DNA from: Planctomycetota bacterium
GTDB lineage: Bacteria > Planctomycetota > Phycisphaerae > UBA1845 > CAIVHJ01
Assembly (NCBI GenBank): GCA_022573485.1
Contig: JACZTW010000003.1
Coordinates: 1-34,703 of the forward strand
Reading direction: 5' to 3'
Length of the DNA stretch: 34,703 nt
This document shows, one piece after another, positions 15,881 to 26,281 of the stretch. Every line of letters starts with the position of its first letter. Within the stretch, counting starts at the first letter, position 1. Under the pieces are notes generated by a model. That model did not search any database and had not been told where the DNA came from. It saw nothing but the letters and a program-made list of their open reading frames with translations. Both the position numbers and the translations under genes were made by a program.

Positions 15881-16447
15881 TCATACCGCGGTCACTTCTT
15901 TCTGCTTCGCTGAGGATTGTTCGTCAATCTTGGATTCGAATTGCTTGGTCAACTTTTGGATTTCGTCTTTGGCATCGGCAGCCTGATCTTTGCTGAGTTG
16001 ATGTTCATTTTCCAGGGCGTCGATATGCTTGTTGGCGTCGCGTCGGGCGTTTCGGACGGCGACTTTCTGCGCCTCCGCCATCCGCTTGATTTCCTGGGTT
16101 AGTTGCTGGCGTCGCTCGCCGGACAGCATGGGAATGGGCAGGCGGATCGTGGGGCCGTCGACGTTTGGCGTCAGCCCCAGATTCGAGGCCAGAATCGCCT
16201 TTTCGATGTCTTTACTCGTGGCAGGGTCATAGGGCTTGACAATCAAGAGGGCCGGCTCCGGAGTGGAAATCGTCGCCAGCTCACGCAGGTCCATCGACGA
16301 GCCGTAGGCCGTCACGTCGACCTTGACATGCTCCACCAGTCCGGGCGATGCCCGCCCCGTTCGAACACCCTTGAGTTCTTCGGAGAAGTAATCCTGCGCT
16401 TTGCGCATGTGATTCTTGCAATTGTCGAGGATTTCCTGCGCCGGCAT
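15881..16447 (-). CDS. frr: Ribosome recycling factor
   Basis: RTGRASP, DIEKAILASNLGLTP and KVAVRNARRDAN motifs. Start placed at ATG 16447. Confidence 0.97.
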   Translation of the reverse strand: MPAQEILDNCKNHMRKAQDYFSEELKGVRTGRASPGLVEHVKVDVTAYGSSMDLRELATISTPEPALLIVKPYDPATSKDIEKAILASNLGLTPNVDGPTIRLPIPMLSGERRQQLTQEIKRMAEAQKVAVRNARRDANKHIDALENEHQLSKDQAADAKDEIQKLTKQFESKIDEQSSAKQKEVTAV

Positions 16448-16554
16448 CTGCGCACCTCCAACGTGGACAGCGATCTTGACTATGTACAGTCTAGCCGGGC
16501 TGGAGGCAACGAGCAAGACGTGAGCACCTGTCGACGAATGGACGGCTTTCCAAC

Positions 16555-16600
16555 AAGAAAAAAGCGTTTGCGGCGGTCTGGAAAGAACCGCCGCAAACGC
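16555..16600 (-). terminator. Rho-independent terminator after the prepilin-type gene
   Basis: 14-bp perfect stem GCGTTTGCGGCGGT/ACCGCCGCAAACGC (16564-16600) followed by a U-run on the minus strand. Confidence 0.85.
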
Positions 16601-16634
16601 GAATGTCGCATCTCTTAACGATTAACGTCCTCAG

Positions 16635-17807
16635 CTACGGCCAGAGGTAGGTGTCGGTCGTGCCATTCGTGAACACGTCCGAACCCTCAACGATCTCAAC
16701 GGTCTCAAACCCCGGCGGCAAGATCTGGAGGTTTCCGCGCCAGGGCGTTGCGCCCCAGTCATTCCCTGGTGGAGGAGGAAGAGCATCCGCATCCGTCGCA
16801 GTCGGGGGGGTAACAGGCTCGCCCTGCCTGAGATAAATATTGTCGTTGTCGACGCCGACGCAGGGCCTTTCTTTGAACGATGCGCTGCCATCCACTCGAA
16901 AGACATTCTGTCCGCCCCCGTTGCCTCGACCGCCGTGGTTCGGGGAGTTGCCGCGCCGCCAGCGGATGGGCGTGTGCTTCGGCAACAGGTTCGCAAGGGT
17001 GTCGGTATGAACCGTGCCCGGGTTGTTCGGATTCCGATAGCCGCTGTTGCCGGAGTAAACCGACTCGATCGAACTATCCGGCGGGGGAACCAAGGGAGTG
17101 TCGGCGCCGCCCATTTCGATTACTTGCGGGACGTTTTTGCGGTTAAACGGCCCTTTGTCCGCCATGACCACGAGCCGAGGATCCGCCCGGCCACTCGGCT
17201 TAGCCTTATTCGCTTTTGAATTCCCGAACGGCACCTGGTAAGCGTAGCTGCACGTGCGATAGCCCTCAAAGTCATAGAAAACATCCGGCGAGCGCACGTT
17301 CCGATCCCCAGCGTCCGTGTTGCCATCGGGGTTGTCCCGAAGTGGATCAATCACATCATCATCCGAACTCGGACAAACCACCTGTTTGGGAGCGATTCGG
17401 GTTTCCCGAATCAACTGCCAGAAGACCCGGCTGACGCTGACTCTCGTCGCTACGAAGGGATCTCCCCATGGCTGAGGAGTATCGCCGTTGCTCCACAGAG
17501 ATTGGCGGAATTTCTGATCGACGCCGGCGTCGTGGCCACCCATTGTTCCGGGCCAGATGATTATGTCACTAGGAAGGGCCGAGTCAAATCCGACACTCTT
17601 GTGCGGCGGAATCATCCACGAGCCCGCGTTGTCATTGCCGTACATGACGGTTGCGCTGCCCACGGCTTTCAGATTCGTGCCGCAGACGGTGCGCTTGGCC
17701 AACTCCCGGGCCCGTGCTAGGCTGGGCAGCAGGATCGCGATCAACAGGGCGATGATCGCGATGACCACCAAGAGTTCGACCAATGTGAATCCTTTGGTTC
17801 GTCGCAT
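16635..17807 (-). CDS. Prepilin-type N-terminal cleavage/methylation protein with C-terminal H-X9-DG-like motif (DUF1559-like)
   Basis: GGAGG RBS, then MRRTKG^[29 protein letters not shown]...C..NLK. C-terminal SPNH...QNVFRVDGS. Confidence 0.92.
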   Translation of the reverse strand: MRRTKGFTLVELLVVIAIIALLIAILLPSLARARELAKRTVCGTNLKAVGSATVMYGNDNAGSWMIPPHKSVGFDSALPSDIIIWPGTMGGHDAGVDQKFRQSLWSNGDTPQPWGDPFVATRVSVSRVFWQLIRETRIAPKQVVCPSSDDDVIDPLRDNPDGNTDAGDRNVRSPDVFYDFEGYRTCSYAYQVPFGNSKANKAKPSGRADPRLVVMADKGPFNRKNVPQVIEMGGADTPLVPPPDSSIESVYSGNSGYRNPNNPGTVHTDTLANLLPKHTPIRWRRGNSPNHGGRGNGGGQNVFRVDGSASFKERPCVGVDNDNIYLRQGEPVTPPTATDADALPPPPGNDWGATPWRGNLQILPPGFETVEIVEGSDVFTNGTTDTYLWP

Positions 17808-18234
17808 GAGAACCTCCTGTGCAAAAGCACATTGTTGTGAACGACGGTTTGACGCAAGGCAGTTTCGCCGCATCAACGGTGATTCGAATAAAACGGATGA
17901 TAGCATGGGCCGACAATTACGAGCGGCTCCAGCATCTGATGCGTCGACACTATGTCACCCAAACCGAGCTTTCACTCGGGCACGGTCACAACGAGCGACC
18001 TGCCCGAACATCGGAAACGCGGAAGGCGAACGCCGCCATCCTCTGAAACACAAACCTACGCAGATACAACATCTGCGTCAATTTCGCAGTCGGGAAACGG
18101 TTTAATATCACCGAGTGAGGGCTTCGCTGGAATGAATACGGACGCACGAGCCCGTGGTAGGCCAGTCCGGTAATAGTGTGGATATTATAATAGCTGCTTG
18201 GTTCGCGAAGCTCTCCGAACCATTATCCGCATAA

Positions 18235-18263
18235 ATTCTACAACGCGTATGGCCTAGTGTCAA
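18235..18263 (-). promoter_or_regulatory. Near-consensus sigma70 promoter facing the prepilin-type gene
   Basis: Minus strand TTGACA (18263-18258), 17-nt spacer, TAGAAT (18240-18235). Confidence 0.65.
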
Positions 18264-18536
18264 TGCCGAGTTTCGCGGGCAGCCATATTATTAGAAGAGC
18301 CTGTTCTGGCCCAACAAGCCACCTGTACCGTTCCTGTTAGGCAGCCCCACGCCCTCCGAAACATGGGGGAATTCATGGGGATCGGGCAGAACGAACGCAG
18401 GGTGTGCTCCAGAATAAAATGGCCCGCTGTGCCGGCGGAAACAAGAATTAGACTTATTGCCGCTGTTTCGGATAGAATGAAGGGGACGAAGCCTCGATCG
18501 ACGATTCCCGCATTGTTCATAGACCAGGAGTTCTTT

Positions 18537-19805
18537 ATGCCCAAGCACACCAATATCTTAGGTGCAGTGGTGTTCGTGCTGGTGACGCTGCCAGCGGTCG
18601 GCCAGGATTTGATCACCAGCCCCGACCTTGCCCAAGTCGAGCACTACAAGTTCTGGCAAGTGCAGCTGCCTCTCTTGGCCGACGACGTGGTCTCGCGAGT
18701 GTACTTGGTCGAGGAGAACATCTACGCCGTCACGGCGCGCTCGAATCTCTATGCCGTGCATGCTGACGTAGGGACGATTCGGTGGGCAGTGAACCTCGGC
18801 GGTCCGGGCAATCGCATCTTTCAGCCGACCCACGTCCGCAGCTTCTGGGGCCGGGATCTGACACTCGTGTCGACCTCCGAAACAATCAAGTGGCTCGACC
18901 GCGCCACTGGCGAGCAAGTCGCCACTCTCGATCTGGACTTCATTCCCTCGACTTCCGCATTGAGCGACGGCGTACGCACGTATGTCTGCGGGCTCGACTC
19001 GATGCTGCACTGCATCGAACTCGTGCCTTCCGGCGGAGGTGTGGCGGCAATCGAGAAATGGCGGATCAGAACTCAAGCGATCACGGTGTCGTCACCGGTG
19101 CTCTGGGGAGGCGGTCTGTTTTTCGCGTCACAGGACGCCAAGATTCGGGCCTGCGATTCCTATGACAAGAGTCGTTTCTGGGTATTCAAAGGAATTGCTC
19201 CGATTACGGCGGACATCTATGTGGACAGCACGGGCGTCTATTTTGGATCCGGCGATCACAATCTTTACAAGTTGGATGTTAACACCGGCAGAGGGCTGTG
19301 GCGTTTTCGCACGCCGGGCATGATCCGGAGCCAGCCCGTCTTGATCGGTGAGACGCTTTATCAACAAGTCGAGGAAAACGGCATTTACGCGGTCCACACC
19401 GACACGGGAAAGCAACTCTGGCACGCCCCCGACGCGGCTGAGTTCATCTCCGCTTCGGACGATCAAATCTACATACTGTCCCGCTATGGCGAAATTGTCG
19501 GCGCCAACCAGTTGACAGGCCGCGTGCAAAGTAGGATGGATGCGGGAAACGTGGAATTGGTGGCCCGCAACACCGCCAGCGCTGCCATGTACTTGGGCAG
19601 CCGTGACGGCCGGCTGATGTGCGCCCAGCACAAGTCGATCCCGTACTTGAGGTTCGAGGATGTTCAGGCCCGCCAGACAAGTCAAGGGCGCGTCGCGGCA
19701 CAGACGAGCATGTCGGCCGAGGACACCGTCGCCGAGCAGGGACCGAGGCTGATTGACTTGCTACGCAGCAAGAGCGATGCTATGCCGGTGAGCAACGAGA
19801 ACTGA
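18537..19805 (+). CDS. PQQ-like beta-propeller repeat protein (BamB-like)
   Basis: AGGAG RBS and signal peptide. Repeated xxDxxTGxxxW blades, e.g. GSGDHNLYKLDVNTGRGLW. Confidence 0.88.
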   Translation: MPKHTNILGAVVFVLVTLPAVGQDLITSPDLAQVEHYKFWQVQLPLLADDVVSRVYLVEENIYAVTARSNLYAVHADVGTIRWAVNLGGPGNRIFQPTHVRSFWGRDLTLVSTSETIKWLDRATGEQVATLDLDFIPSTSALSDGVRTYVCGLDSMLHCIELVPSGGGVAAIEKWRIRTQAITVSSPVLWGGGLFFASQDAKIRACDSYDKSRFWVFKGIAPITADIYVDSTGVYFGSGDHNLYKLDVNTGRGLWRFRTPGMIRSQPVLIGETLYQQVEENGIYAVHTDTGKQLWHAPDAAEFISASDDQIYILSRYGEIVGANQLTGRVQSRMDAGNVELVARNTASAAMYLGSRDGRLMCAQHKSIPYLRFEDVQARQTSQGRVAAQTSMSAEDTVAEQGPRLIDLLRSKSDAMPVSNEN

Positions 19806-19820
19806 GTACGGTCCCCAAAC

Positions 19821-21476
19821 ATGCCTGAGCGCAAGATCAAGCGGGCGCTGATCAGCGTCCATGACAAGACCGGTATCGTCGAGTTCGCTCGCGGGCTGGT
19901 TGAGCTGGGCATCGAGATCATTTCCACCGGCGGTACCGCAGCCTTATTGAAAGAAAACACTGTTCCCGTCACGCTCGTTGAAGAAATCACCGGCTTTCCC
20001 GAGATGCTCGACGGCCGGGTCAAGACGCTGCACCCGAAGATCCACGCCGCCATCCTCGCCGACCGCGACAATCCCGAGCACATGCGACAATTGGCAGAGC
20101 AGGGCATCGAACCGATCGACATGGTTGTGGTGAACCTCTATCCGTTCAAGGAAACCGTCGCCGATCCCGATTGCACGTTCGAACAGGCCATCGAGATGAT
20201 CGACATCGGCGGCCCCTGCCTACTCCGCGCTGCGGCGAAGAACCACAAACATGTATTGGTAGTGGAAGGGGCAGGGCTGTACGACATAACACTGCGGCAA
20301 CTGCGCGGCGAGCCAGAATACTGCAGCCATGACGACTTCCTCCGCTCTGGCGCGTTCGGTGCCTTCTGGGCTACCTCGCGATACGATGCAGCCATCACAC
20401 AGTGGCTCGGATTCAACGAGGATGAGCAAGAATCCGATGTTCATCTCCTGCAGCTTTGGTGTGAGGGGCGGCTGCGATACGGCGAGAATCCGCACCAGAA
20501 GGGTCTGCTGTATGGGTCCGTAGACGGCGATAGGCCCAATGATCTGACCGCGGCGGACACTGACTTAGAAGGGCAGCAAAACAAGACTTCGTACAACAAT
20601 TACGCAGATGCGCACGCGGCCTTGGAACTGTGTGGTGAGTTGTCTCGCGGGTGGTCCGAAGCAAGCGCGTGTGTCTTCATCAAGCACACCAACGCCTGTG
20701 GTGCAGCCGTGGCGGAGAATCGAGTCCAGGCTTATCAGCAGGCTTTCCTCGGCGATCACAACGCTGCGATGGGTGGAATACTGGCTTGTAATTTCGAGGT
20801 CGATGCGGGGTTTGCCGGTACGGTGATGGACACGTACGCGAAGTGGGGCAAAGCGGCCGGTGCCGGCGGGTTCTTTGTCGAGGTCTGGGTTGCGCCGGCG
20901 TTCGAGGAGCGCGCCATCGAGGTCATCCGCAAGGCCAAAGCGTGGGGAAAGCGCGTCAGGCTCCTTGCCGTCGAGGATTTAGGGAAACCGTTCGATCCCG
21001 ATCCCGAACTCGAATACAAATCCATCAGCGGCGGAATGCTCGTTCAAAGCCGCGACTTGGTCGGGCTTAACGAAGATGAATGGAAGACCGTCACGAAGCG
21101 AGCGCCAACAAATCAAGAGCTGGACGATTTGCGGTTGGCTTGGCTGGTGTGCAAGCATACCAAGAGCAACGCGATCTCGATTTGTAAGGACGGCATGTTG
21201 ATCGGCAATGGCGCGGGGCAAATGTCACGGGTGATGAGTTGCCGGATCGCGACGTGGCTGGCGAAGGAGAATGGGCACGCGGACCAACTCGCCGGCGCGG
21301 TGGCGGCCTCTGACGCTTTCTTCCCATTTCGAGACGGGCCGGACTTGCTGATCGAGGCGGGCGTGAAGGCCATCATTCAGCCGGGCGGCTCAAAGCGGGA
21401 CGCCGAGACGATCGCAGCCTGCGATGAGCAAGACGTGGCCATGATTTTCACGGGCACCCGGCATTTCAAGCACTAG
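19821..21476 (+). CDS. purH: Bifunctional AICAR transformylase/IMP cyclohydrolase
   Basis: [45 protein letters not shown] and TGTRHFKH motifs. Confidence 0.98.
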   Translation: MPERKIKRALISVHDKTGIVEFARGLVELGIEIISTGGTAALLKENTVPVTLVEEITGFPEMLDGRVKTLHPKIHAAILADRDNPEHMRQLAEQGIEPIDMVVVNLYPFKETVADPDCTFEQAIEMIDIGGPCLLRAAAKNHKHVLVVEGAGLYDITLRQLRGEPEYCSHDDFLRSGAFGAFWATSRYDAAITQWLGFNEDEQESDVHLLQLWCEGRLRYGENPHQKGLLYGSVDGDRPNDLTAADTDLEGQQNKTSYNNYADAHAALELCGELSRGWSEASACVFIKHTNACGAAVAENRVQAYQQAFLGDHNAAMGGILACNFEVDAGFAGTVMDTYAKWGKAAGAGGFFVEVWVAPAFEERAIEVIRKAKAWGKRVRLLAVEDLGKPFDPDPELEYKSISGGMLVQSRDLVGLNEDEWKTVTKRAPTNQELDDLRLAWLVCKHTKSNAISICKDGMLIGNGAGQMSRVMSCRIATWLAKENGHADQLAGAVAASDAFFPFRDGPDLLIEAGVKAIIQPGGSKRDAETIAACDEQDVAMIFTGTRHFKH

Positions 21477-21666
21477 CTGACGGCGCGCAATTGTCAGACA
21501 TCCATCTGAGCCCCAAGCGCCCGCGCGGGGTCTTCAGCCGATTCCAGGCACCCGAATTCTCAGCTCGCAATGCCGCCGGGACGATGCTGTTTCACCGGCG
21601 TCGGCCGGGATATACATCACTGCGGGGTTTGGATACGATAAGCGCAGAATTCTGGAGGCCGAACGC

Positions 21667-22224
21667 GTGAAGTTGTATACCCGGACCGGCGATGACGGCA
21701 CCACGGGGCTGATCGGTGGGGGCCGAGTGCCCAAGGATCACGTCCGCGTGTCGGCCTACGGCGAAATCGACGAACTCAACGCCGTGCTCGGCTGGTGCGG
21801 TTGCGCAGCGGAAGAAGCCCGCGTGCAACGCCTTCAGCACGCCCAGCATCAGTTGTTCGCAATCGGAGCCGAATTGGCCACGACTCCTGGGAACACAGCC
21901 CGTCCCTCGTTCGTACCCATTGAGGATGCGGAGGTCGAGCGCCTCGAAAGCTGGATCGATGAATCGACCGATCATGTGCCGCCCTTACGCAATTTCATCC
22001 TGCCCGGCGGATCGGAAGGGGGCGCCCGTCTGCACGTGGCCCGGAGCGTGTGTCGCCGGGCGGAGCGGGCCGTGATCACCCTGGCGAGTTCGGAAGAAGT
22101 TCGCCCGGTAATCATTCACTATTTGAACCGTCTCAGCGACTTGCTCTTTGCCTGGGCCCGAGAGACAAACCACAACCAGAGCCAACCGGAAATACCTTGG
22201 GAACCAACCCACCCGCAGACATAG
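21667..22224 (+). CDS. PduO-type cob(I)alamin adenosyltransferase
   Basis: KLYTRTGDDGTT, AYGEIDELN, FILPGG, CRRAER and YLNRLSDLLF motifs. GTG start with GGAGG. Confidence 0.95.
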   Translation: MKLYTRTGDDGTTGLIGGGRVPKDHVRVSAYGEIDELNAVLGWCGCAAEEARVQRLQHAQHQLFAIGAELATTPGNTARPSFVPIEDAEVERLESWIDESTDHVPPLRNFILPGGSEGGARLHVARSVCRRAERAVITLASSEEVRPVIIHYLNRLSDLLFAWARETNHNQSQPEIPWEPTHPQT

Positions 22225-25175
22225 ACGATCAACAGCGCGCACAGGGAGACCTCACGCCGCTCAATGTGGTAATGATCTTCGTGGTCATCGCGACGTGCTT
22301 CGCGGTCTGCTTTCTGAACAGTCCGCCACCCGAACGAACCCCGGATGGGGCAGTGCCGTGGGCGGATGGCTCGGTGCTAAAGGCGCTGACCGACGCACTG
22401 GCGTTTGATTTTAGCATCCCTACGCCGCTCGGGATAGGCGTCAAGAATCTGGTGTTCGGCATCGCTTGCGGCGTGGGGGCGATGATCGTGTCGCTGGGAC
22501 TGTTCGCCGCTTCACGCTCACGCGAACGGGATTTCACGCTCGTGGAAGATCAGCCCGCGGAACAACCCGTCAGTCACTTGCAGAAGCAAATCGACGCGTT
22601 TCAGGGGGCTCAGGTGCTTTTGGTTCTCCTGTTGGCAATGTCGTTTCTGAGCAGCTTGTGGGCGCCGATGGCGGAGTTGGCCATCGGAGGGTCCATTCTC
22701 CTCCTCGGCCAGTGCCTGTGGGTATTTGCGATCCGCCACGGGCTCAACGGCCGGGCCTGCCGGGTGGCGGTAAGCGGCTTGGCGGTCGTGCTGACTTTGA
22801 CTGCTGCTCTGGCAGTCGCGTATTACTACGAACGCAACAGAACGATGCGCGCCGGATACCCGATCGGTAATCCCTTGTTCTTCGCTGCCTGCCTGATGCC
22901 CGCCGTGTTGATTTGCTTCTGCTGGATCGCTTCGAGCTTCAGCGCGCTGCTGCGAGGTCAACGCCGCGCCTTGATTTGCCTTGGCCTTTGTGCCGGAGCG
23001 CTCGTGCCGCTCCTTTGGGGAACGTTCTTGGCGGATCCGCGAAGTACGTACGTCGGCCTGGCGGCGGGATTCGTCGCGATTGTGTTCTTCGCCGTTCGCG
23101 GAAGGGGGGCCAAGAGTGCCGTGGCCGCACTCACCCTGGTCAGCGTGGTCATCGGCTATGTTGCGTGGCTTGGCCCCATTCTGGAACATCGCTCCGAGAC
23201 GATCCGGACGCGCCTGTATGCCTGGGATTATGCCGCGCAACTGATTGAACAGGCGCCGGCCGTAGGCCACGGGCAGGGGAGCTTCGCACTTCTGGGTGAT
23301 TCACTCACCGTTCAAGACGTGCTCGATGATCCTCGGGCGCTCCATGCGCGGCTGTCTCATGCTCATAACGAATGGCTGGAGACGTGCGTCGATCTGGGCA
23401 GCGTCGGTCTGGTCATCACGCTGGGCTGTTTCGCGCTGACCTTTTGGGCCGGCGTTCAGGCTTTGCGCCGCGACTCGACTCCGCATCTGCGTTGGTTGCT
23501 CATTGGGCTGCTGTCTTCTTTGGTCGCGCTGATTACGGAGGAATGTTTTGATGTGGCCTTACGCGTCGCGGGGTTGCCGACCATCTTCTACACGGTGTTG
23601 GGCCTGACCTGGGCGGTCATTGGGGCAGGCCGCTCCAGCGAACCGCCGGCAGCGGCGCCGAAGGGCAGGGCGGTGCTTCGGGGCCTGCTGACAGCCTGTG
23701 TGGCTGCGCTGGGTTTGCTCGTTAGCACCAGCGCGCTTCTGGACTTTCAGGCGTCGAGGGCGCTTTATGATTTCCAAGAGAAACTCCAGCAGCGGCAATG
23801 GGACGCCGCGACCACAGACCTGGAGTTCGCCCGCCGCTACCGCCTGAATCCGAGCCGCAAGCTCACCGCATACGCCACGCAGGCGTGGTGTCATTTGCGG
23901 ATCGCCGAAGCAGCGATGCAGGATTTCCTGACGCGCGCCCGAGCTGATGCCGATCCACAGAATCCCATGCCCGCCGAACAATTGTTGTCGGCTGGGCAAG
24001 AAGCTGTCAGCCGGGCAAGCAGAGTCCTCGAACTGGTTGATCATCTGTCCCGGCAGACGACACAGTATTACGGCACGTACCGCCTCGCCGGCGAGGCGCT
24101 CGAACTCATGCGGCGCGTGGCGCTCGCCACGGGCGATCTGGCGCGGGCAGAGCAATACCGGCAGGCGGCGCTGGCGGCGCTTACCAAAGAGCATGAGCGG
24201 CAGCCCTACGATGCGGGCTTGGCTTGGCACATCCTCGAACTCTCAGGCGAACTCAGCGTGCGCGAGGTTGTCGAGCTCATTTGCCCGCCCATGCAGTATC
24301 ACCAGGTCGATGAGCGGTATTACCAACTGGTCCAGGAAATGGCACAGCGCCCAAGTTTCAACACGGAATTTCAGCCGATCCTCACCGAAGCGCTGGCGAC
24401 GCTAATTGCCCAGCCGGCGGGCAACGCACCGGTCCGCTATGCAGCCCAGAAACTTCGAATCGCAGCTTGGGTCGCTGCCGGCAGGGGGGAATTTGCTGAT
24501 GGGCGCGCCTACACCCGCAACGCCTTGAATCTGACGGAAAAGGAGCGCGAGAGGTTCCCCATCGCGTATGCCATCGCTCACCGCGAACTCGCCCATTTCA
24601 CGTTCCTGAATAGCCCCGGCGATCCGCAAGCAGCCGTGGAGATCGCCCTCAAGGGCATGTCGCTGCTGCCCGCGTCGCACGAGGCGGAGCCGGTCAAAAT
24701 GCGGATGCGCGAACGGCTAGCGATGTATTACCTCGCTGCCGGCGAGGAGCAGGCCGCGCTCGATCTCATGGTCGGGCGCGATCAACTCAAGCCGGAAGCC
24801 ATGCGGGCGGGGATGGCTTCTCGGTATCTGTCGCTGTGCCAGTTGCTGTCCTCCTTTGATGCGCCGCGCAGGCCGGACTATCTCCCGGCGCGCCTGGATC
24901 GATTCGATGAGTTGTGTCAGACGAGTCAAGTGGCGCCGCAAATCAAGCCCGTTGCGGCCATGCTCAAGGCTAATCTGGCCATGCAGGCCGGAGATCTGTC
25001 GGAGTGTGTAAAGCACTGGGAAGACGCAATTGCGAAGGGCGCCAATCCGGCACAGATCCTCGTGCAAGCCGAGAATGCCGCGAAAGAACATCCGCAAGAC
25101 GAGATCCTCGGCCGGTATCTCCTGGAACTGAGAATTCAGTTGACGGGTCCCGGCTTGCTCGATGCCGGTCAGTGA
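22197..25175 (+). CDS. O-antigen ligase (Wzy_C)-family membrane protein with long helical/TPR-like C-terminus; start uncertain
   Basis: Many TM segments. GNPLFFA, RLYAW...GHGQGSF and HAHNEWLE motifs. About 470-aa soluble helical tail. Start lies between 22197 and 22272. Confidence 0.82.
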   Translation: MGTNPPADIDDQQRAQGDLTPLNVVMIFVVIATCFAVCFLNSPPPERTPDGAVPWADGSVLKALTDALAFDFSIPTPLGIGVKNLVFGIACGVGAMIVSLGLFAASRSRERDFTLVEDQPAEQPVSHLQKQIDAFQGAQVLLVLLLAMSFLSSLWAPMAELAIGGSILLLGQCLWVFAIRHGLNGRACRVAVSGLAVVLTLTAALAVAYYYERNRTMRAGYPIGNPLFFAACLMPAVLICFCWIASSFSALLRGQRRALICLGLCAGALVPLLWGTFLADPRSTYVGLAAGFVAIVFFAVRGRGAKSAVAALTLVSVVIGYVAWLGPILEHRSETIRTRLYAWDYAAQLIEQAPAVGHGQGSFALLGDSLTVQDVLDDPRALHARLSHAHNEWLETCVDLGSVGLVITLGCFALTFWAGVQALRRDSTPHLRWLLIGLLSSLVALITEECFDVALRVAGLPTIFYTVLGLTWAVIGAGRSSEPPAAAPKGRAVLRGLLTACVAALGLLVSTSALLDFQASRALYDFQEKLQQRQWDAATTDLEFARRYRLNPSRKLTAYATQAWCHLRIAEAAMQDFLTRARADADPQNPMPAEQLLSAGQEAVSRASRVLELVDHLSRQTTQYYGTYRLAGEALELMRRVALATGDLARAEQYRQAALAALTKEHERQPYDAGLAWHILELSGELSVREVVELICPPMQYHQVDERYYQLVQEMAQRPSFNTEFQPILTEALATLIAQPAGNAPVRYAAQKLRIAAWVAAGRGEFADGRAYTRNALNLTEKERERFPIAYAIAHRELAHFTFLNSPGDPQAAVEIALKGMSLLPASHEAEPVKMRMRERLAMYYLAAGEEQAALDLMVGRDQLKPEAMRAGMASRYLSLCQLLSSFDAPRRPDYLPARLDRFDELCQTSQVAPQIKPVAAMLKANLAMQAGDLSECVKHWEDAIAKGANPAQILVQAENAAKEHPQDEILGRYLLELRIQLTGPGLLDAGQ

Positions 25176-26266
25176 CTCAGGTTCGCTCCGCGCTCCAGCT
25201 CACTAACCTCGCGATACACTCTCGCAGTCTCCCTGGCCATCTCGCTAAGTGAGTGCTTGTTCTTGCAGTGCTCCAAGGCCCGGCTGGCCAGCAGGCGGGC
25301 GGCGGCGCGGTCCCTGAGCAGTTGGCGAATGGCCCCGGCCAGTGCTTCGGATGAAGGGTCCGGGCGAACCAGGACGGTGCGGTTGTCGATCACGAAGTCT
25401 GAATTGGGCATGGCTCCGGTCACGGCGGCCATACCTGCTGCCAAGGCATGCAGCAGCCGAACATCAACGCGGTCGACGTCACCCGGGACGACGAAAATAT
25501 CGGCGGCCCGCATGGCGGCGGACCAATTCGTAAGCGGCAAGCCGATGGTGACGTGCTTGATCAAGTTCTCCTTCTCGACTAACTTTCGCAAACGTGATTC
25601 CATGCGCCCCGTGGCGACTAGAAACAGCATCAGATCGTGCTTCTCGGTGATGAGGATCTTGGTCGCTCGAATGAGCCGATCGACACCCGTCGAAGACTCG
25701 AATGCCGACATGCACAGCATCGTGGGGATGCGGTCCTCGTGATCGAAGCAGGTCGGCGCCGACGCCGGCAGCAGACCGGGCCTGACCAGCACAATGTCCT
25801 CCGCATCCAGCAAGTGACGCTCGCAGGCCGCCTCGAGCAGCGGCTTGCTCGCAGCGATGAGCTTCTTCATGCGACCGAAGACGCCCGAATCTTTGGGGTG
25901 CAGGTCTTCGGAGCCTAACAAGTGCCCAACCAGTGGTCGTCCAGTCTCCAATGCCAATTCATCAGCCAATCCGAACGATCGGCTCGTGATGGCATGGATC
26001 ACCGTCGGCGGCTGGCGTTTCAATTCGCTGAGGATCTGCTGGACAGTCCGATCGCGCATAGGCCAGCGCAATCGCGGATGCTCGATCACCCGCACCGGGC
26101 CCAGCGACAGTCGCCGCGCCGCGGTGGCCGGCGTGATGAGAATGACCTCGCTGACGAAATCAAGCAAGCCGACCGACAGATGCTCGATGACGGGGCCCAG
26201 GCGATCGAAGGTCCGCTGATCGATCACCAGGGCAGCCCTAAATGCTCCGGCATCTTCATTCGTCAT
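25169..26266 (-). CDS. GT-B fold glycosyltransferase family 4-like protein
   Basis: GVDRLIRA, TGRMESRLRKLV, ADIFVVP...ALAAG and EALAGAIRQLL correspond to the Glycos_transf_1 pattern. Confidence 0.85.
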   Translation of the reverse strand: MTNEDAGAFRAALVIDQRTFDRLGPVIEHLSVGLLDFVSEVILITPATAARRLSLGPVRVIEHPRLRWPMRDRTVQQILSELKRQPPTVIHAITSRSFGLADELALETGRPLVGHLLGSEDLHPKDSGVFGRMKKLIAASKPLLEAACERHLLDAEDIVLVRPGLLPASAPTCFDHEDRIPTMLCMSAFESSTGVDRLIRATKILITEKHDLMLFLVATGRMESRLRKLVEKENLIKHVTIGLPLTNWSAAMRAADIFVVPGDVDRVDVRLLHALAAGMAAVTGAMPNSDFVIDNRTVLVRPDPSSEALAGAIRQLLRDRAAARLLASRALEHCKNKHSLSEMARETARVYREVSELERGANLSH

Positions 26267-26281
26267 CTTTTCCTCGCTCGT

